A DNA stretch of 64,000 nt, taken from positions 6,035 through 70,034 of the forward strand of contig JBGPFE010000003.1 in the NCBI GenBank assembly GCA_041483135.1, given 5' to 3'. A model generated the notes under the pieces. That model made no database searches. It saw only the letters and a list, made by a program, of their open reading frames with translations, and was not told the DNA's origin. Numbering within the stretch: position 1 is the stretch's first letter; every line of letters begins with the position of its first letter. Shown here piece after piece: positions 41,049 to 52,308 of this stretch. The DNA is from Gammaproteobacteria bacterium. Lineage in GTDB: Bacteria > Pseudomonadota > Gammaproteobacteria > Burkholderiales > SG8-41. The position numbers were made by a program, and so were the translations under genes.

Positions 41049-41194
41049 GCGCGTTGAATGGTTTGTGAAAATCCATTCGAACGCGCGGAATCAGTACCAA
41101 TCGGAACACGGAAAGCGAGAGTTATGACACCGCGAACTTGCATCTCGACGCCCCGATCCCGGTCGTGCTGATTTTTCCGTGGTTCAGAAAAAAG

Positions 41195-41217
41195 TGCGGC
41201 CAACCCGCATTTTTTTT
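41195..41217 (+). terminator. intrinsic terminator-like hairpin 28 nt upstream of thrS
   Basis: An A6 run, then TGCGG-ccaac-CCGCA, then T8. This has the shape of a bidirectional terminator. Confidence 0.65.
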
Positions 41218-41244
41218 CGCCTGTTGCGATGAACGGTTCTAAAC

Positions 41245-43161
41245 ATGGTTAACGTGAAACTTCCGGACGGCTCGGTCCGTCAGTTTGATAAACCGGTATC
41301 GGTCGCCGAAGTCGCGGCTGCGATCGGCCCGGGTCTCGCCAAGGCCGCGCTTGCCGGCAGGATCAACGGCAAGCTCGTCGATACCTCGTTCGTCATCGAC
41401 ACTGACAGCGACGTTGCCATCGTCACCGATAAGGATCCCGCGGGCCTCGAGTTGATCCGTCACTCGACCGCGCATCTGCTTGCCTATGCCGTGAAAGAAC
41501 TTTTTCCCGAGGCGCAGGTGACGATCGGGCCGGTGATCGAAAACGGCTTTTATTACGATTTTTCCTATCAGCGGCCGTTTACGCCCGAAGATCTCGCTGC
41601 GATCGAGAAGCGCATGGCCGAATTGGCGAAGCGCAATATTCCGGTCGCACGCGAAGTATGGCCGCGCGACAAGGCGGTCGGGTTTTTTAAATCCATAGGC
41701 GAGCATTACAAGGCCGAGATCATCGCGTCGATCCCGGCCGGCGAGGACGTGTCGCTGTATCGCGAGGGCGATTTCATCGACCTTTGCCGCGGTCCGCACG
41801 TGCCGTCGACCGGCAAGCTCAAGGTATTCAAGCTGATGAAAGTTGCGGGCGCCTACTGGCGCGGCGACTCGAAGAACGAAATGCTGCAGCGGATCTACGG
41901 CACCGCGTGGGCGAAGAAGGAGGACCAGGACGCTTATCTGCGCATGCTGGAAGAGGCGGAGAAACGCGACCACCGCCGGCTCGCCAGGCAACTCAATCTC
42001 TTCCATATGCAGGACGAGGCGCCGGGGCTGGTGTTCTGGCATCCGCATGGCTGGACGATCTGGCAGCAAGTCGAGCAATACATGCGCAAGATATATCAGG
42101 ACAATGGCTATCAGGAAGTGAAGTGCCCGCAGATTCTCGACCGCGTGCTGTGGGAGAAGTCCGGCCATTGGGACAATTTCAGGGAATTCATGTTCACCAC
42201 GTCGAGCGAGAACCGCGAGTACGCGATCAAGCCGATGAACTGCCCGGGACACGTGCAGATCTTCAATTCCGGGCTGCACAGCTACCGCGAGCTGCCGTTG
42301 CGCTATGGCGAATTCGGCGCGTGTCACCGCAACGAGCCGTCGGGCGCTCTGCACGGCATCATGCGCGTGCGCGGCTTTACGCAGGACGACGGACATATAT
42401 TTTGTACCGAAGCGCAGATCCAGGCCGAAGTGTCGCAATTCATCGACCTGCTGATCAGGGTCTACTGCGATTTCGGCTTCAACGACATCATATACAAGCT
42501 CTCCACTCGGCCGGCGAAGCGCGTTGGCTCCGACGAGACGTGGGACATCGCCGAAAAAGCGCTCGGGGATGCGCTGAACAGCAAAGGCATGCCGTGGGAA
42601 ACAGTACCCGGCGAGGGGGCATTTTACGGGCCCAAGGTCGAATTCTCATTGAAGGACTCGATCGGGCGCGTCTGGCAATGCGGCACGATGCAGGTCGACT
42701 TCTCGATGCCGGGACGGCTCGGCGCCGAATATGTGGCCGAAGACAACACGCGCAAGACCCCGGTGATGCTGCATCGCGCGATCGTCGGCTCGATGGAGCG
42801 CTTCATAGGTATTCTGATCGAAAACTACGCCGGCGCGTTTCCGGTATGGCTTGCGCCGGTGCAGGTGGTGGTAATGAATATCACCGCCAGCCAGGCTGCC
42901 TATGCCAGGGGCGTGCTGGGTGAACTCAAGCGCTCCGGGCTGCGCGCTGAAGCCGACTTGAGGAATGAGAAAATAACCTATAAAATTCGGGAACATAGTC
43001 TGCAAAAGCTGCCTTATCAGGTCATAGTCGGGGATAAAGAGATGGCGGCGCAGACAGTTGCCGTGCGGACCCGCCAAGGCGAAGACCTCGGCCAGATGCC
43101 GATTCAGGTCTTCATCGAGCGCTTGCTACACGAGGCGCATCAGCTCGGGCGCACGGCATAA
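41245..43161 (+). CDS. thrS: threonine--tRNA ligase
   Basis: 638 aa. TGS N-terminus [31 protein letters not shown], and the class II motifs. Confidence 0.96.
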   Translation: MVNVKLPDGSVRQFDKPVSVAEVAAAIGPGLAKAALAGRINGKLVDTSFVIDTDSDVAIVTDKDPAGLELIRHSTAHLLAYAVKELFPEAQVTIGPVIENGFYYDFSYQRPFTPEDLAAIEKRMAELAKRNIPVAREVWPRDKAVGFFKSIGEHYKAEIIASIPAGEDVSLYREGDFIDLCRGPHVPSTGKLKVFKLMKVAGAYWRGDSKNEMLQRIYGTAWAKKEDQDAYLRMLEEAEKRDHRRLARQLNLFHMQDEAPGLVFWHPHGWTIWQQVEQYMRKIYQDNGYQEVKCPQILDRVLWEKSGHWDNFREFMFTTSSENREYAIKPMNCPGHVQIFNSGLHSYRELPLRYGEFGACHRNEPSGALHGIMRVRGFTQDDGHIFCTEAQIQAEVSQFIDLLIRVYCDFGFNDIIYKLSTRPAKRVGSDETWDIAEKALGDALNSKGMPWETVPGEGAFYGPKVEFSLKDSIGRVWQCGTMQVDFSMPGRLGAEYVAEDNTRKTPVMLHRAIVGSMERFIGILIENYAGAFPVWLAPVQVVVMNITASQAAYARGVLGELKRSGLRAEADLRNEKITYKIREHSLQKLPYQVIVGDKEMAAQTVAVRTRQGEDLGQMPIQVFIERLLHEAHQLGRTA

Positions 43162-43186
43162 CTTTTTGATATAGCGAGGTTTTTGT

Positions 43187-43792
43187 ATAGTTCAGGAAAA
43201 AGAGCCGCGCATTAACGGCGAAATTACCGCGCCCGAGGTCAGGCTGATCGGCGCCAATGGCGAACAGGTCGGCATCGTCAGCATCGCGATAGCCAATGCG
43301 CAGGCGGAAGCAGCGGAGCTCGATCTGGTCGAAATCGCACCGACGGCTGCGCCGCCGGTTTGCCGGATCATGGATTACGGCAAGTTCAAGTACCGCGAAA
43401 GCAAACGGCGGCACGAGGCGAAGCTCAAGCAGAAACAGATCATCGTCAAGGAGGTCAAGTTTCGTCCCGGCACCGACGAAGGCGACTACAAGATCAAACT
43501 GCGCAATCTGATCCGCTTCCTCGATGAAGGCGACAAGTGCAAGGTAACGCTGCGTTTCCGCGGCCGCGAGATGGCGCACCAGGAATTCGGCGTCAGGCTG
43601 ATCGAGCGCGTGAAGGTGGATCTCGATCCCTATAGTGTGATCGAGCAGTTTCCGAAAATGGAAGGGCGGCAGATGGTGATGGTGCTGTCGCCGAAGAAAA
43701 GCGTCAAATCGGTTGCGCATGCGGTGGCTAAAAAGAAGGCGGTAGCGAAGCCGGCTGCCGCGCCGGCGGTTGCTGAAGTCGAAAAAAAGTAG
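43187..43792 (+). CDS. infC: translation initiation factor IF-3 (non-AUG start)
   Basis: The in-frame region after stop 43172-43174 reads ..[26 protein letters not shown]...[19 protein letters not shown]. The only start candidates are ATA 43187, preceded by GAGG, or ATT 43211. Confidence 0.88.
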   Translation: MVQEKEPRINGEITAPEVRLIGANGEQVGIVSIAIANAQAEAAELDLVEIAPTAAPPVCRIMDYGKFKYRESKRRHEAKLKQKQIIVKEVKFRPGTDEGDYKIKLRNLIRFLDEGDKCKVTLRFRGREMAHQEFGVRLIERVKVDLDPYSVIEQFPKMEGRQMVMVLSPKKSVKSVAHAVAKKKAVAKPAAAPAVAEVEKK

Positions 43793-43874
43793 TTGCAGTC
43801 AGAAGTAGTAGTCCGGGTTCCCGAAGTCTTCCCGCTGGGAAGCACCCGGCGCTATGTTAAAAAATGGAGCAGTC

Positions 43875-44072
43875 ATGCCCAAGATGAAGACCAAGAGTGG
43901 CGCCAAGAAGCGCTTCAAGGTGTCCGCCAGCGGCCGTATCAAGCGCGGGGCCGCGTTCCGGCGCCACATCCTGACCAAGAAATCGACCAAGCGGAAGCGC
44001 CAATTGCGCGGCGTCACCGGCGTCCACGGCAGCGATACCCGCTCTGTGCGCATCATGCTTCCCTACGCGTAA
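43875..44072 (+). CDS. rpmI: 50S ribosomal protein L35
   Basis: [24 protein letters not shown]..., with SD GGAG 8 nt upstream. Confidence 0.93.
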   Translation: MPKMKTKSGAKKRFKVSASGRIKRGAAFRRHILTKKSTKRKRQLRGVTGVHGSDTRSVRIMLPYA

Positions 44073-44083
44073 GGAGATGAGCC

Positions 44084-44443
44084 ATGCCCAGAGTCAAACG
44101 TGGCGTGACTTCGCGCGCCAGCCATAAGAAAGTCATAGCGCGCGCCAAAGGTTTCCGCAGCCGCCGCAACAACGTTTTCCGCATCGCCAACGAAGCGGTG
44201 ATGCGCGCCGGGCAATATGCGTATCGCGACCGCCGCAACAGGAAGCGCGATTTTCGCAGCCTGTGGATTACCCGCATAAACGCGGCAGTGCGCGAGCACG
44301 GTTTGTCATATAGCATGTTCATGAACGGGCTGAAGAAGGCTGCAATCATGGTTGACCGCAAGGTGCTTGCCGATATCGCGGTGCTCGACAAGCCTGCGTT
44401 TAAGAAGTTTGTCGAAAAAGCCAAAGCCAGCCTCGGCGTCTAA
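44084..44443 (+). CDS. rplT: 50S ribosomal protein L20
   Basis: [28 protein letters not shown]..., 119 aa. Confidence 0.96.
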   Translation: MPRVKRGVTSRASHKKVIARAKGFRSRRNNVFRIANEAVMRAGQYAYRDRRNRKRDFRSLWITRINAAVREHGLSYSMFMNGLKKAAIMVDRKVLADIAVLDKPAFKKFVEKAKASLGV

Positions 44444-44529
44444 GCAGATTCGACGACAAAAAGGAGGCTGCACGCCGGAACGCGGAGCAGGGACCCGTTT
44501 ACGGGATGCGACCGTGTAGGCGTGCATAA

Positions 44530-45633
<1,104 letters not shown>

Positions 45634-45732
45634 AACGAATACAAAGAGCTGAACCGCCAAGGACGCCAAGTAAGGCTGCTTACACGGCATTTCTTCGCGA
45701 ATCTTTGCATCCGTTGCGGTGAAAAATATTTT

Positions 45733-48087
45733 ATGAAGTTTTCGGAAAACTGGCTGCGCACCTTCGTCAATCCACCGCTCGCGAGCAGGGAGCTTGCGGA
45801 CGCGGTGACGATGTCAGGCGTCGAGGTCGAACTGGTCGAGCCGGTTGCGCCCGCATTCGACAAGGTGGTCGTGGCGGAGGTGCTCGAGGTGCAGAAGCAC
45901 CCGGGCGCCGACCGCCTCACCGTGTGCCGCGTCAACGCCGGCGGCACACCGCTCCACGTCGTATGTGGCGCGCCCAACGTCCGTGCCGGCATACGCGTGC
46001 CGCTCGCGCTGGCCGGTGCCAGACTTCCAGGTATCGAGATCAAGCAGGCGAAAGTGCGTGGCGTCGAATCGAACGGCATGCTGTGCTCGGGCAAAGAACT
46101 CGGTATGGCTGACTATGCGGCGGGCCTGTTGATATTGCCCGTGGATGCACCCGTCGGCACCGATATCCGAAAATATCTCGAGCTCGACGATCAAATCTTC
46201 ACGATCAAGCCGACGCCGAACCGCGGCGATTGCCTGGGCGTGTTCGGCTTCGCACGTGAGGTTGCTGCTGTCACCGGCAGTGCGTTGACGCCAGTTGATA
46301 CGAGGGCAGTGCAGGCAACATCGTCCGACCGCATCGAAATCACGCTGGACGACAACGCTGCGTGCCCGCGCTATTGCGGCCGCATTGTGCGTGGCGTTAA
46401 TGCGCGCGCTGTATCCCCGCGCTGGTTGGCGCAGCGCCTCGAGCGCAGTGGGCAGCGCAGCATCAGCGCGATCGTCGATATCACCAATTACGTGATGCTC
46501 GAGCTTGGCCAGCCATTGCATGCATTCGACCTTGCGCGAATTAATGGCGGAATCCACGTGCGCTTCGGCCGCCAAGGCGAGAAGCTCAAGCTGCTCAATG
46601 AACAGGAGATCGTGCTGAATCCGGGATTTCTGGTGATTGCGGATAAAGTCAGGCCGCTCGCGCTCGCCGGCATCATGGGCGGCATGGACAGCGCGGTTAC
46701 ACCCGGCACCAGGGACATTATGCTCGAGAGTGCGTTTTTCGATCCGGCAGCGGTCGCCGGCAAGTCGCGCGTGCTGGGGTTCGGCTCCGATTCATCCTAT
46801 CGTTTCGAGCGCGGCGTGGATTTCGCCGCGACCGCGCAGGCAATCGAGCGCGCAACACAGCTCGTGCTCGAAATTTGCGGCGGCAAGGCGGGGCCGGTAT
46901 GCGAGGCCAAGTCAACGCTGCCAGAGCGCAAGCCGGTGCGGCTACGCCGGGCACGCATCCAGCGCTTGCTTGGCATAGAACTCGAAGACCGGCAGATTAC
47001 CGATGTGTTGCGCCGGCTTGGGTTGGTTTTTGCAACACGTGGCGATGAGTTTCTGGTGACACCGCCAAGCTATCGCTACGATCTCGCAATCGAAGAAGAT
47101 TTGATCGAGGAAGTCGCGCGCATTCACGGCTACGACCGGATACCCGCCAACCAGCCGACCGCGCCGGCCTCGATGCTGCCGGAGAGCGAGGCACGTGTCG
47201 GCGTCAAGACGTTGCGCACGCTAATGGTGGCTCGCGACTATCAGGAAATTATCAGCTACAGCTTCGTCGACCGACAATGGGAAGCCGATTATTGCGCGAA
47301 CAACGATCCGGTTGCGTTGGTTAATCCGATTGCCGCTCATATGAGCGTGATGCGTTCAAGCCTGGTTGGCAGCCTCGTTGACTGCCTCAAGTTGAATTTG
47401 AGCCGGCAGCAGGAGCGGGTGCGGCTGTTTGAAATCGGTCGCTGTTTTGGGCATGCCGAGTCCGGTCACAGCCAAGTGGTCATGCTCGGCGGGCTCGCCT
47501 ATGGAGGGGCAGTAGCGGAGCAATGGGGAGCTGCCAAACGGCATGTTGATTTTTACGATATGAAATCTGACATTGCAAGCTTGGTTTGGCCCGGCCGCTT
47601 TCGCTTTGCGGCAACGCAACACCCCGCTCTGCACCCTGGACGGGCCGCCAAACTGGTGCTGGACGGGGCAACGGCCGGATACTTGGGAGAATTGCATCCG
47701 CGCCTGCAGCAGAAGTATGATTTGCCTTTCGCACCAATGGTTTTTGAGCTAAACCTCGACGCGATTATAGGCCGCGAACCGGTCAGTTATCGGGAGATTT
47801 CGCGACAGCCATTGGTACGGCGCGACCTGTCGGTCGAGGTAGCCGATAACGTGAGCGCTCAAGCCATGTTGGATGCCCTGGAAATGCGGGCTCCGGCCAT
47901 CGTTTCAGAGGTCGCGCTGTTTGACGTATATCGCGGCAAAGGCATTGATTCAGATAAAAAAAGTGTTGCGTTCCGGATATTATTGCAAGATACTCATAAA
48001 ACGCTGACCGACGCTGAAGCTGAGGCCGCTACCCAGCATCTGCTTCAAGTGTTACAAGAACAATTTCAAGCAAAGCTCCGCAAATAA
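45733..48087 (+). CDS. pheT: phenylalanine--tRNA ligase beta subunit
   Basis: 784 aa, MKFSENWLRTFVNPP..., with tRNA-binding, B3/4, B5 and FDX-ACB domains in order. Confidence 0.95.
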   Translation: MKFSENWLRTFVNPPLASRELADAVTMSGVEVELVEPVAPAFDKVVVAEVLEVQKHPGADRLTVCRVNAGGTPLHVVCGAPNVRAGIRVPLALAGARLPGIEIKQAKVRGVESNGMLCSGKELGMADYAAGLLILPVDAPVGTDIRKYLELDDQIFTIKPTPNRGDCLGVFGFAREVAAVTGSALTPVDTRAVQATSSDRIEITLDDNAACPRYCGRIVRGVNARAVSPRWLAQRLERSGQRSISAIVDITNYVMLELGQPLHAFDLARINGGIHVRFGRQGEKLKLLNEQEIVLNPGFLVIADKVRPLALAGIMGGMDSAVTPGTRDIMLESAFFDPAAVAGKSRVLGFGSDSSYRFERGVDFAATAQAIERATQLVLEICGGKAGPVCEAKSTLPERKPVRLRRARIQRLLGIELEDRQITDVLRRLGLVFATRGDEFLVTPPSYRYDLAIEEDLIEEVARIHGYDRIPANQPTAPASMLPESEARVGVKTLRTLMVARDYQEIISYSFVDRQWEADYCANNDPVALVNPIAAHMSVMRSSLVGSLVDCLKLNLSRQQERVRLFEIGRCFGHAESGHSQVVMLGGLAYGGAVAEQWGAAKRHVDFYDMKSDIASLVWPGRFRFAATQHPALHPGRAAKLVLDGATAGYLGELHPRLQQKYDLPFAPMVFELNLDAIIGREPVSYREISRQPLVRRDLSVEVADNVSAQAMLDALEMRAPAIVSEVALFDVYRGKGIDSDKKSVAFRILLQDTHKTLTDAEAEAATQHLLQVLQEQFQAKLRK

Positions 48088-48096
48088 GGGGAAAAT

Positions 48097-48408
48097 ATGA
48101 CTTTAACCAAGGCCGAGTTGGCAGATTTGCTGTTTGAGAAGGTGGGTTTCAACAAGCGCGAGGCCAAAGACATGGTGGAGTCGTTTTTTGAGGAGGTCCG
48201 CTTGGCGCTAGAACATGGGGAGGGCGTGAAGCTTTCGGGATTCGGAAATTTTCAATTGCGTGACAAGCCGCAGCGGCCGGGCCGCAACCCCAAGACCGGC
48301 GAGGAGATACCGATCACCGCACGGCGCGTAGTGACGTTCCACGCCTCGCAGAAGCTGAAGGCGATGGTTGAACAAAACTATAACAATGGACACAAACCAC
48401 AGTCCTAA
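48097..48408 (+). CDS. ihfA: integration host factor subunit alpha
   Basis: [28 protein letters not shown]...[26 protein letters not shown]. Confidence 0.93.
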   Translation: MTLTKAELADLLFEKVGFNKREAKDMVESFFEEVRLALEHGEGVKLSGFGNFQLRDKPQRPGRNPKTGEEIPITARRVVTFHASQKLKAMVEQNYNNGHKPQS

Positions 48409-48760
48409 GGAAACGCTGCCACCGATACCTGCGAAGCGCTACTTCACGATCGGTGAGGTGAGCGAGCTGTGTGGCGTGAAGCCACACGTGCTGCGTTACT
48501 GGGAGCAGGAGTTTACGCAGCTCAAGCCAGTCAAACGCCGCGGCAACCGGCGCTATTACCAACACCACGAAGTGCTGCTGATCCGGCGCATCCGTGATTT
48601 GCTTTATGATCAGGGTTTCACGATCAGCGGCGCGCGCAATCGTCTCGACGAGATCGTTTCCGAGCCGGCCAAAGCCAGCCGTGCCAGCGCCGCCAGCAAA
48701 GCGAATCTCGCCGTTCTGCGCAAGGAAATCAAGCACGTCCTCGATATTCTGCGCCGGTAG
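48386..48760 (+). CDS. MerR family transcriptional regulator
   Basis: [25 protein letters not shown]...RRYY is the helix-turn-helix. This is the usual partner downstream of ihfA. The start could instead be 48368. Confidence 0.8.
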   Translation: MDTNHSPKETLPPIPAKRYFTIGEVSELCGVKPHVLRYWEQEFTQLKPVKRRGNRRYYQHHEVLLIRRIRDLLYDQGFTISGARNRLDEIVSEPAKASRASAASKANLAVLRKEIKHVLDILRR

Positions 48761-48818
48761 TGCAGCCTGTACTTGCTGCGCTATTTGGTGTAGTCCCATC
48801 TGCTATAATTCTGAGCCT

Positions 48819-48896
<78 letters not shown>

Positions 48897-48906
48897 CAAA
48901 TTCAAA

Positions 48907-48936
48907 GGGATCCGATCAGGAGCCCTTTTTCATTTT
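48907..48936 (+). terminator. probable terminator after tRNA-Pro
   Basis: GGGATCC-gatca-GGAGCCC (one mismatch) followed by TTTTTCATTTT. Confidence 0.55.
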
Positions 48937-48973
48937 CAGAATTTTGCCCGGAACTGTCTAAGGAAGAGGCAAC

Positions 48974-49225
48974 ATGAGCGGCAGAACATGCATTTTCCGT
49001 GCAGCGATTTCGGTGCTGGCTGCTGCCCCGGCATCTTTGATGGCGCAGGCAGTCATCAAAAATCCCCTGACCTCGGCGCAGTCACAGGTTATTACCCAGT
49101 GGCAAACGCCGGCGGTGAATGAATTTCCGTTCGAGTCGTCGCTGCAGCTCGGTCTCGCTCCGGAACTGGGCCCGGCGTCATTCACCGGGCTCATACTGAG
49201 CGATGGTAGTACTATTACCGGGTAG
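48974..49225 (+). CDS. hypothetical small secreted protein
   Basis: 83-aa ORF with the signal-like AAISVLAAAPASLMAQA. No recognised domain, so this is a weak call. Confidence 0.3.
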   Translation: MSGRTCIFRAAISVLAAAPASLMAQAVIKNPLTSAQSQVITQWQTPAVNEFPFESSLQLGLAPELGPASFTGLILSDGSTITG

Positions 49226-49325
49226 AGGGGTCCAAGACGACAGCTATGCCTCCAGCGAACATGAAACCCGGTGCTTATTCGTTGCTGCTGACGAGGCGAC
49301 CAGCACCATCCCCGGAGTACTTTTG

Positions 49326-49850
49326 ATGAAATATTTGCTTCGCTACATTTTGGTTATATTTGCGTTATCGGTAACTCATGCCGCCGCCCAGCCGCTCAAG
49401 ATCGGTTACGTGAACGGACTCCGCATTGAGAGGGAAGCGGCGATAACGATGCAGGCGCTCGAACAGGCGAAAAAGGAATTCGCGCCGCGCGAGCAGCAGA
49501 TACTTGACCTGCAGAAACAGGGCCAGGCAATGCAGAGCGAGCTCGAAAAAGAAGGACTGACAATGTCGGCTGCCGACAAGCAGGCCAAGGAGAAACGCCT
49601 GGCGGCGCTCTCGCAGCAGTTTGCTCAGATGCAGCGCAGTTACAACGAAGATTGGGAAGTGCGCAGACGCGAAGTGCATGCGCGTCTCGTGACGGAAGTC
49701 AACGCCGTCATAAAAAGCATTGCCGAGGCAGGCAAGTTCGACCTGATAGTCCAGCAGGCAATTTTCAACAGCCCGCAGATTGATCTCACCGAACTGGTGC
49801 TGAAGGAGTTGGCGAAACGCGCGGCGACTGCGGCAAATCCCGCCAGGTAA
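49326..49850 (+). CDS. OmpH/Skp-family periplasmic chaperone-like protein
   Basis: Signal peptide MKYLLRYILVIFALSVTHAAAQ, followed by a coiled-coil region rich in Q/E/K (LEQAKKEFAPREQQILDLQKQGQAMQSELEKE). Confidence 0.75.
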   Translation: MKYLLRYILVIFALSVTHAAAQPLKIGYVNGLRIEREAAITMQALEQAKKEFAPREQQILDLQKQGQAMQSELEKEGLTMSAADKQAKEKRLAALSQQFAQMQRSYNEDWEVRRREVHARLVTEVNAVIKSIAEAGKFDLIVQQAIFNSPQIDLTELVLKELAKRAATAANPAR

Positions 49851-50009
49851 TCCGATCCGAAGTTAAGCCTCGGTGTAGTTGTAAAGCATGGCCAACGCGC
49901 GAACGAAATGCGTTCGACCGGTGACCACCGACGCGTTTGATCTTGTTCACGCTGTCCGGATCGGCATCGTAGTGCTCGCGAATCCGGTCTTTTTACCGTA
50001 GCAGTCATC

Positions 50010-50855
50010 ATGGCAACGTTCAAGGCTGCCTGCGTGCAGCTCAACTCGGGCAACGATATGGCGGTTAATCTGCGCGCGGCAGGCACTGGTGTGCGCGCGG
50101 CGGCAGAGCAGGGCGCGCAGCTCATCATGCTGCCCGAATACGTTGCGCTGCTCGACGGCAGTGGCCGCGTGATGCGCGAAAACTCCTATACCGAAAGCGA
50201 ACATCCTGCGCTGCCTGTGTTCCAGGCGCTGGCCAGGGAAACACGGGCCTGGCTGCTGATCGGCTCGCTCACGATCAATTTCGACGACGAGCACATGGCG
50301 AACCGTTCGTATCTGCTGTCGGCTGATGGCGCAGTCGTCGCGCGGTACGACAAGATCCACATGTTCGACGTGACGTTGCCGAGCGGCAAGGTAATCCGCG
50401 AATCGAGCGCTTATCGCCCCGGCGATCGGGCGGTGATCGCAGCTACGCCGTGGGGGCCGCTCGGCATGACCGTATGCTATGACCTGCGTTTCCCGTATCT
50501 TTACCGCGCACTCGCGCAGTCCGGCGCGATGTTCCTGGCGGTGCCATCTTCGTTCCAGCGCGAAACCGGCGTTGCGCACTGGCACGCGTTGCTGCGCGCG
50601 AGGGCGATCGAAAATCTGAGCTACGTGTTTGCGCCGGCGATGTGCGGCGATCACCCCGGCAACCGCATGACTTACGGCCATTCGCTGATCATCGATCCCT
50701 GGGGCAGGATACTGGCCGAATTGGACGACGAACCGGGTGTGGCGGTCGCCGACATCAACGCCGACGAAGTCACGCGTGTGCGCGGGATGCTGCCTTCGCT
50801 CGTCCACGATCGCGAATTTCAGCTCCCGCATCCCGCCGCCGGCGATCTCCGCTGA
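50010..50855 (+). CDS. carbon-nitrogen hydrolase family protein (nitrilase/omega-amidase-like)
   Basis: FKAACVQL, LIMLPEY, KIHMFD and the catalytic Cys in GMTVCYDLRFP. Confidence 0.88.
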   Translation: MATFKAACVQLNSGNDMAVNLRAAGTGVRAAAEQGAQLIMLPEYVALLDGSGRVMRENSYTESEHPALPVFQALARETRAWLLIGSLTINFDDEHMANRSYLLSADGAVVARYDKIHMFDVTLPSGKVIRESSAYRPGDRAVIAATPWGPLGMTVCYDLRFPYLYRALAQSGAMFLAVPSSFQRETGVAHWHALLRARAIENLSYVFAPAMCGDHPGNRMTYGHSLIIDPWGRILAELDDEPGVAVADINADEVTRVRGMLPSLVHDREFQLPHPAAGDLR

Positions 50856-50863
50856 ATTTTCAT

Positions 50864-51766
50864 ATGGCGATTGTCCATAACCCGACCATCGCGGTTTTCA
50901 CCAAGAACAACACTAACCCGGCATACGCCGCGGCGCGGCTCGGCGCCGACCGCACCGCGCAGCGATTGGGCGCGCGCGCCCGGCATTACTTTCCGCGCAA
51001 ACCCGACGACGTCGATGAGCAGATTGCGTTGATAGACCAGGCGCTCTTGCAGCGACCCGATGCAATGGTGCTCGTTGCCGTGCATCCAACCGCGATCAAC
51101 CCTTCGATCCACAAAATCAACGCTGCCGGGATTCCGGTTGTGAGCTATATCAATCGCTTCACTGGCGGCGATTGCGTTACATACGTCGGTTCGGAGGATT
51201 ACCCGCTGGCAGTCAAAATCGCGACTTATCTTTGCGGGCAGCTCGCTGGGCGCGGCGACGTTGCGATCGTCGAGGGGCCGGGCGATTCGATCACCAGCCG
51301 CGAGCGGGTGCGCGGATTTCACGACGTGCTGAAGGGCTTTCCGGCTGTGCGTGTCGTCGCGTCGGTGTGCGGCGAATATCAGCGTGACCCGGCGCAGCGT
51401 GTGTTCGCGGAATTGCTGAAAACGATCCCGCGCATTGACGGCGTAATCGCGGCCAACGACATCATGGCGATCGGCGTCATCGAAGCGCTCGAGGCAGCAG
51501 GACGCACCAGCAGGGTTGTCGGCGTCAACGCGATACCCGAAGCGATAATTGCGATCAAGCACGGCAAAATGCTCGCAACCGCCGATTTCAATGCGATGAA
51601 AATGGGCTGCCTTGCGACCGAAGCCGCGCTGCGGCACCTGCGCGGCGAGGCGCTGCCGAAAGAAATCATCCTGCCGGTGCAGATAATCGATCGCGCCAAC
51701 TTTGCGGATTGGGACAGGCCGTTCGAGTTGCGCGAGTGCCCGCGGTGGAAAGATGTGGTGATGTGA
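50864..51766 (+). CDS. periplasmic-binding-protein type I (sugar-binding/LacI-core-like) domain protein without signal peptide or HTH
   Basis: IAVFTKNNTNPAY..., DAMVLVAV, GIPVVSYINRF, GPGDSITSRERVRGF and IAANDIMAIGVIEAL. Start taken at ATG 50864. The longer ORF overlaps the hydrolase gene. Confidence 0.7.
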   Translation: MAIVHNPTIAVFTKNNTNPAYAAARLGADRTAQRLGARARHYFPRKPDDVDEQIALIDQALLQRPDAMVLVAVHPTAINPSIHKINAAGIPVVSYINRFTGGDCVTYVGSEDYPLAVKIATYLCGQLAGRGDVAIVEGPGDSITSRERVRGFHDVLKGFPAVRVVASVCGEYQRDPAQRVFAELLKTIPRIDGVIAANDIMAIGVIEALEAAGRTSRVVGVNAIPEAIIAIKHGKMLATADFNAMKMGCLATEAALRHLRGEALPKEIILPVQIIDRANFADWDRPFELRECPRWKDVVM

Positions 51767-51822
51767 TCCCGAGGCCGGATTCGGCAAATGGCGAACCGAG
51801 ATACGTGGAAACGGAGCAGGCG

Positions 51823-52300
51823 ATGCGATTTTTCCCGATGTTGCTGTGCAGAGAGGCCGTATTTATCATATCCGGTATCGCGCAAGCGCAGGCGTCTTAC
51901 CCGTTTAGTCCGATACGACTGATCGTGCCATTCCCGCCCGGCGGCACCAGCGACGTTGCTCGGCCGCATCATCGCGCAGTGGCTGGGCGCTGACGGACCT
52001 CATGGGCGGGCAGATCCAGCTCATGTTCGAGAACGCGCCGACTGCGTTGTCCTATGTGCAGTCTGGCAGGCTGCGCTTGCTCGCGGTGACCAGCGACAAG
52101 CGTACACCGAGCTTTCCCGATCTGCCAACGATAGCCGAGGCGGGCGTGTCCGGCTACGCGGTGACCTCGTGGTTTACACGATGATAGTCTCTGTACCTGA
52201 CCGGCGAGTTGCGATCCCGGTGGCCGGGAGATTTCAACCGGGACGCAAGGAGTTGAACGCGGCAGTCATTGAAACTCTCCCCGCCCGAACGCCGGCACGA
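51823..52300 (+). pseudogene. eroded Bug/TctC-family tripartite tricarboxylate transporter substrate-binding gene
   Basis: Family blocks are scattered over three frames. These are MRFF...AQASYPFSPIRLIVPFPPGGTSDV, LGRIIAQWLGA in a shifted frame, TDLMGGQIQLMFENAPTALSYVQSGRLRLLAVTSDKRTPSFPDLPTIAEAGVSGYAVTSWF followed by stops, and ELNAAVIETL. The total is far shorter than an intact family member. Confidence 0.7.
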
Positions 52301-52308
52301 AGAAAGCG

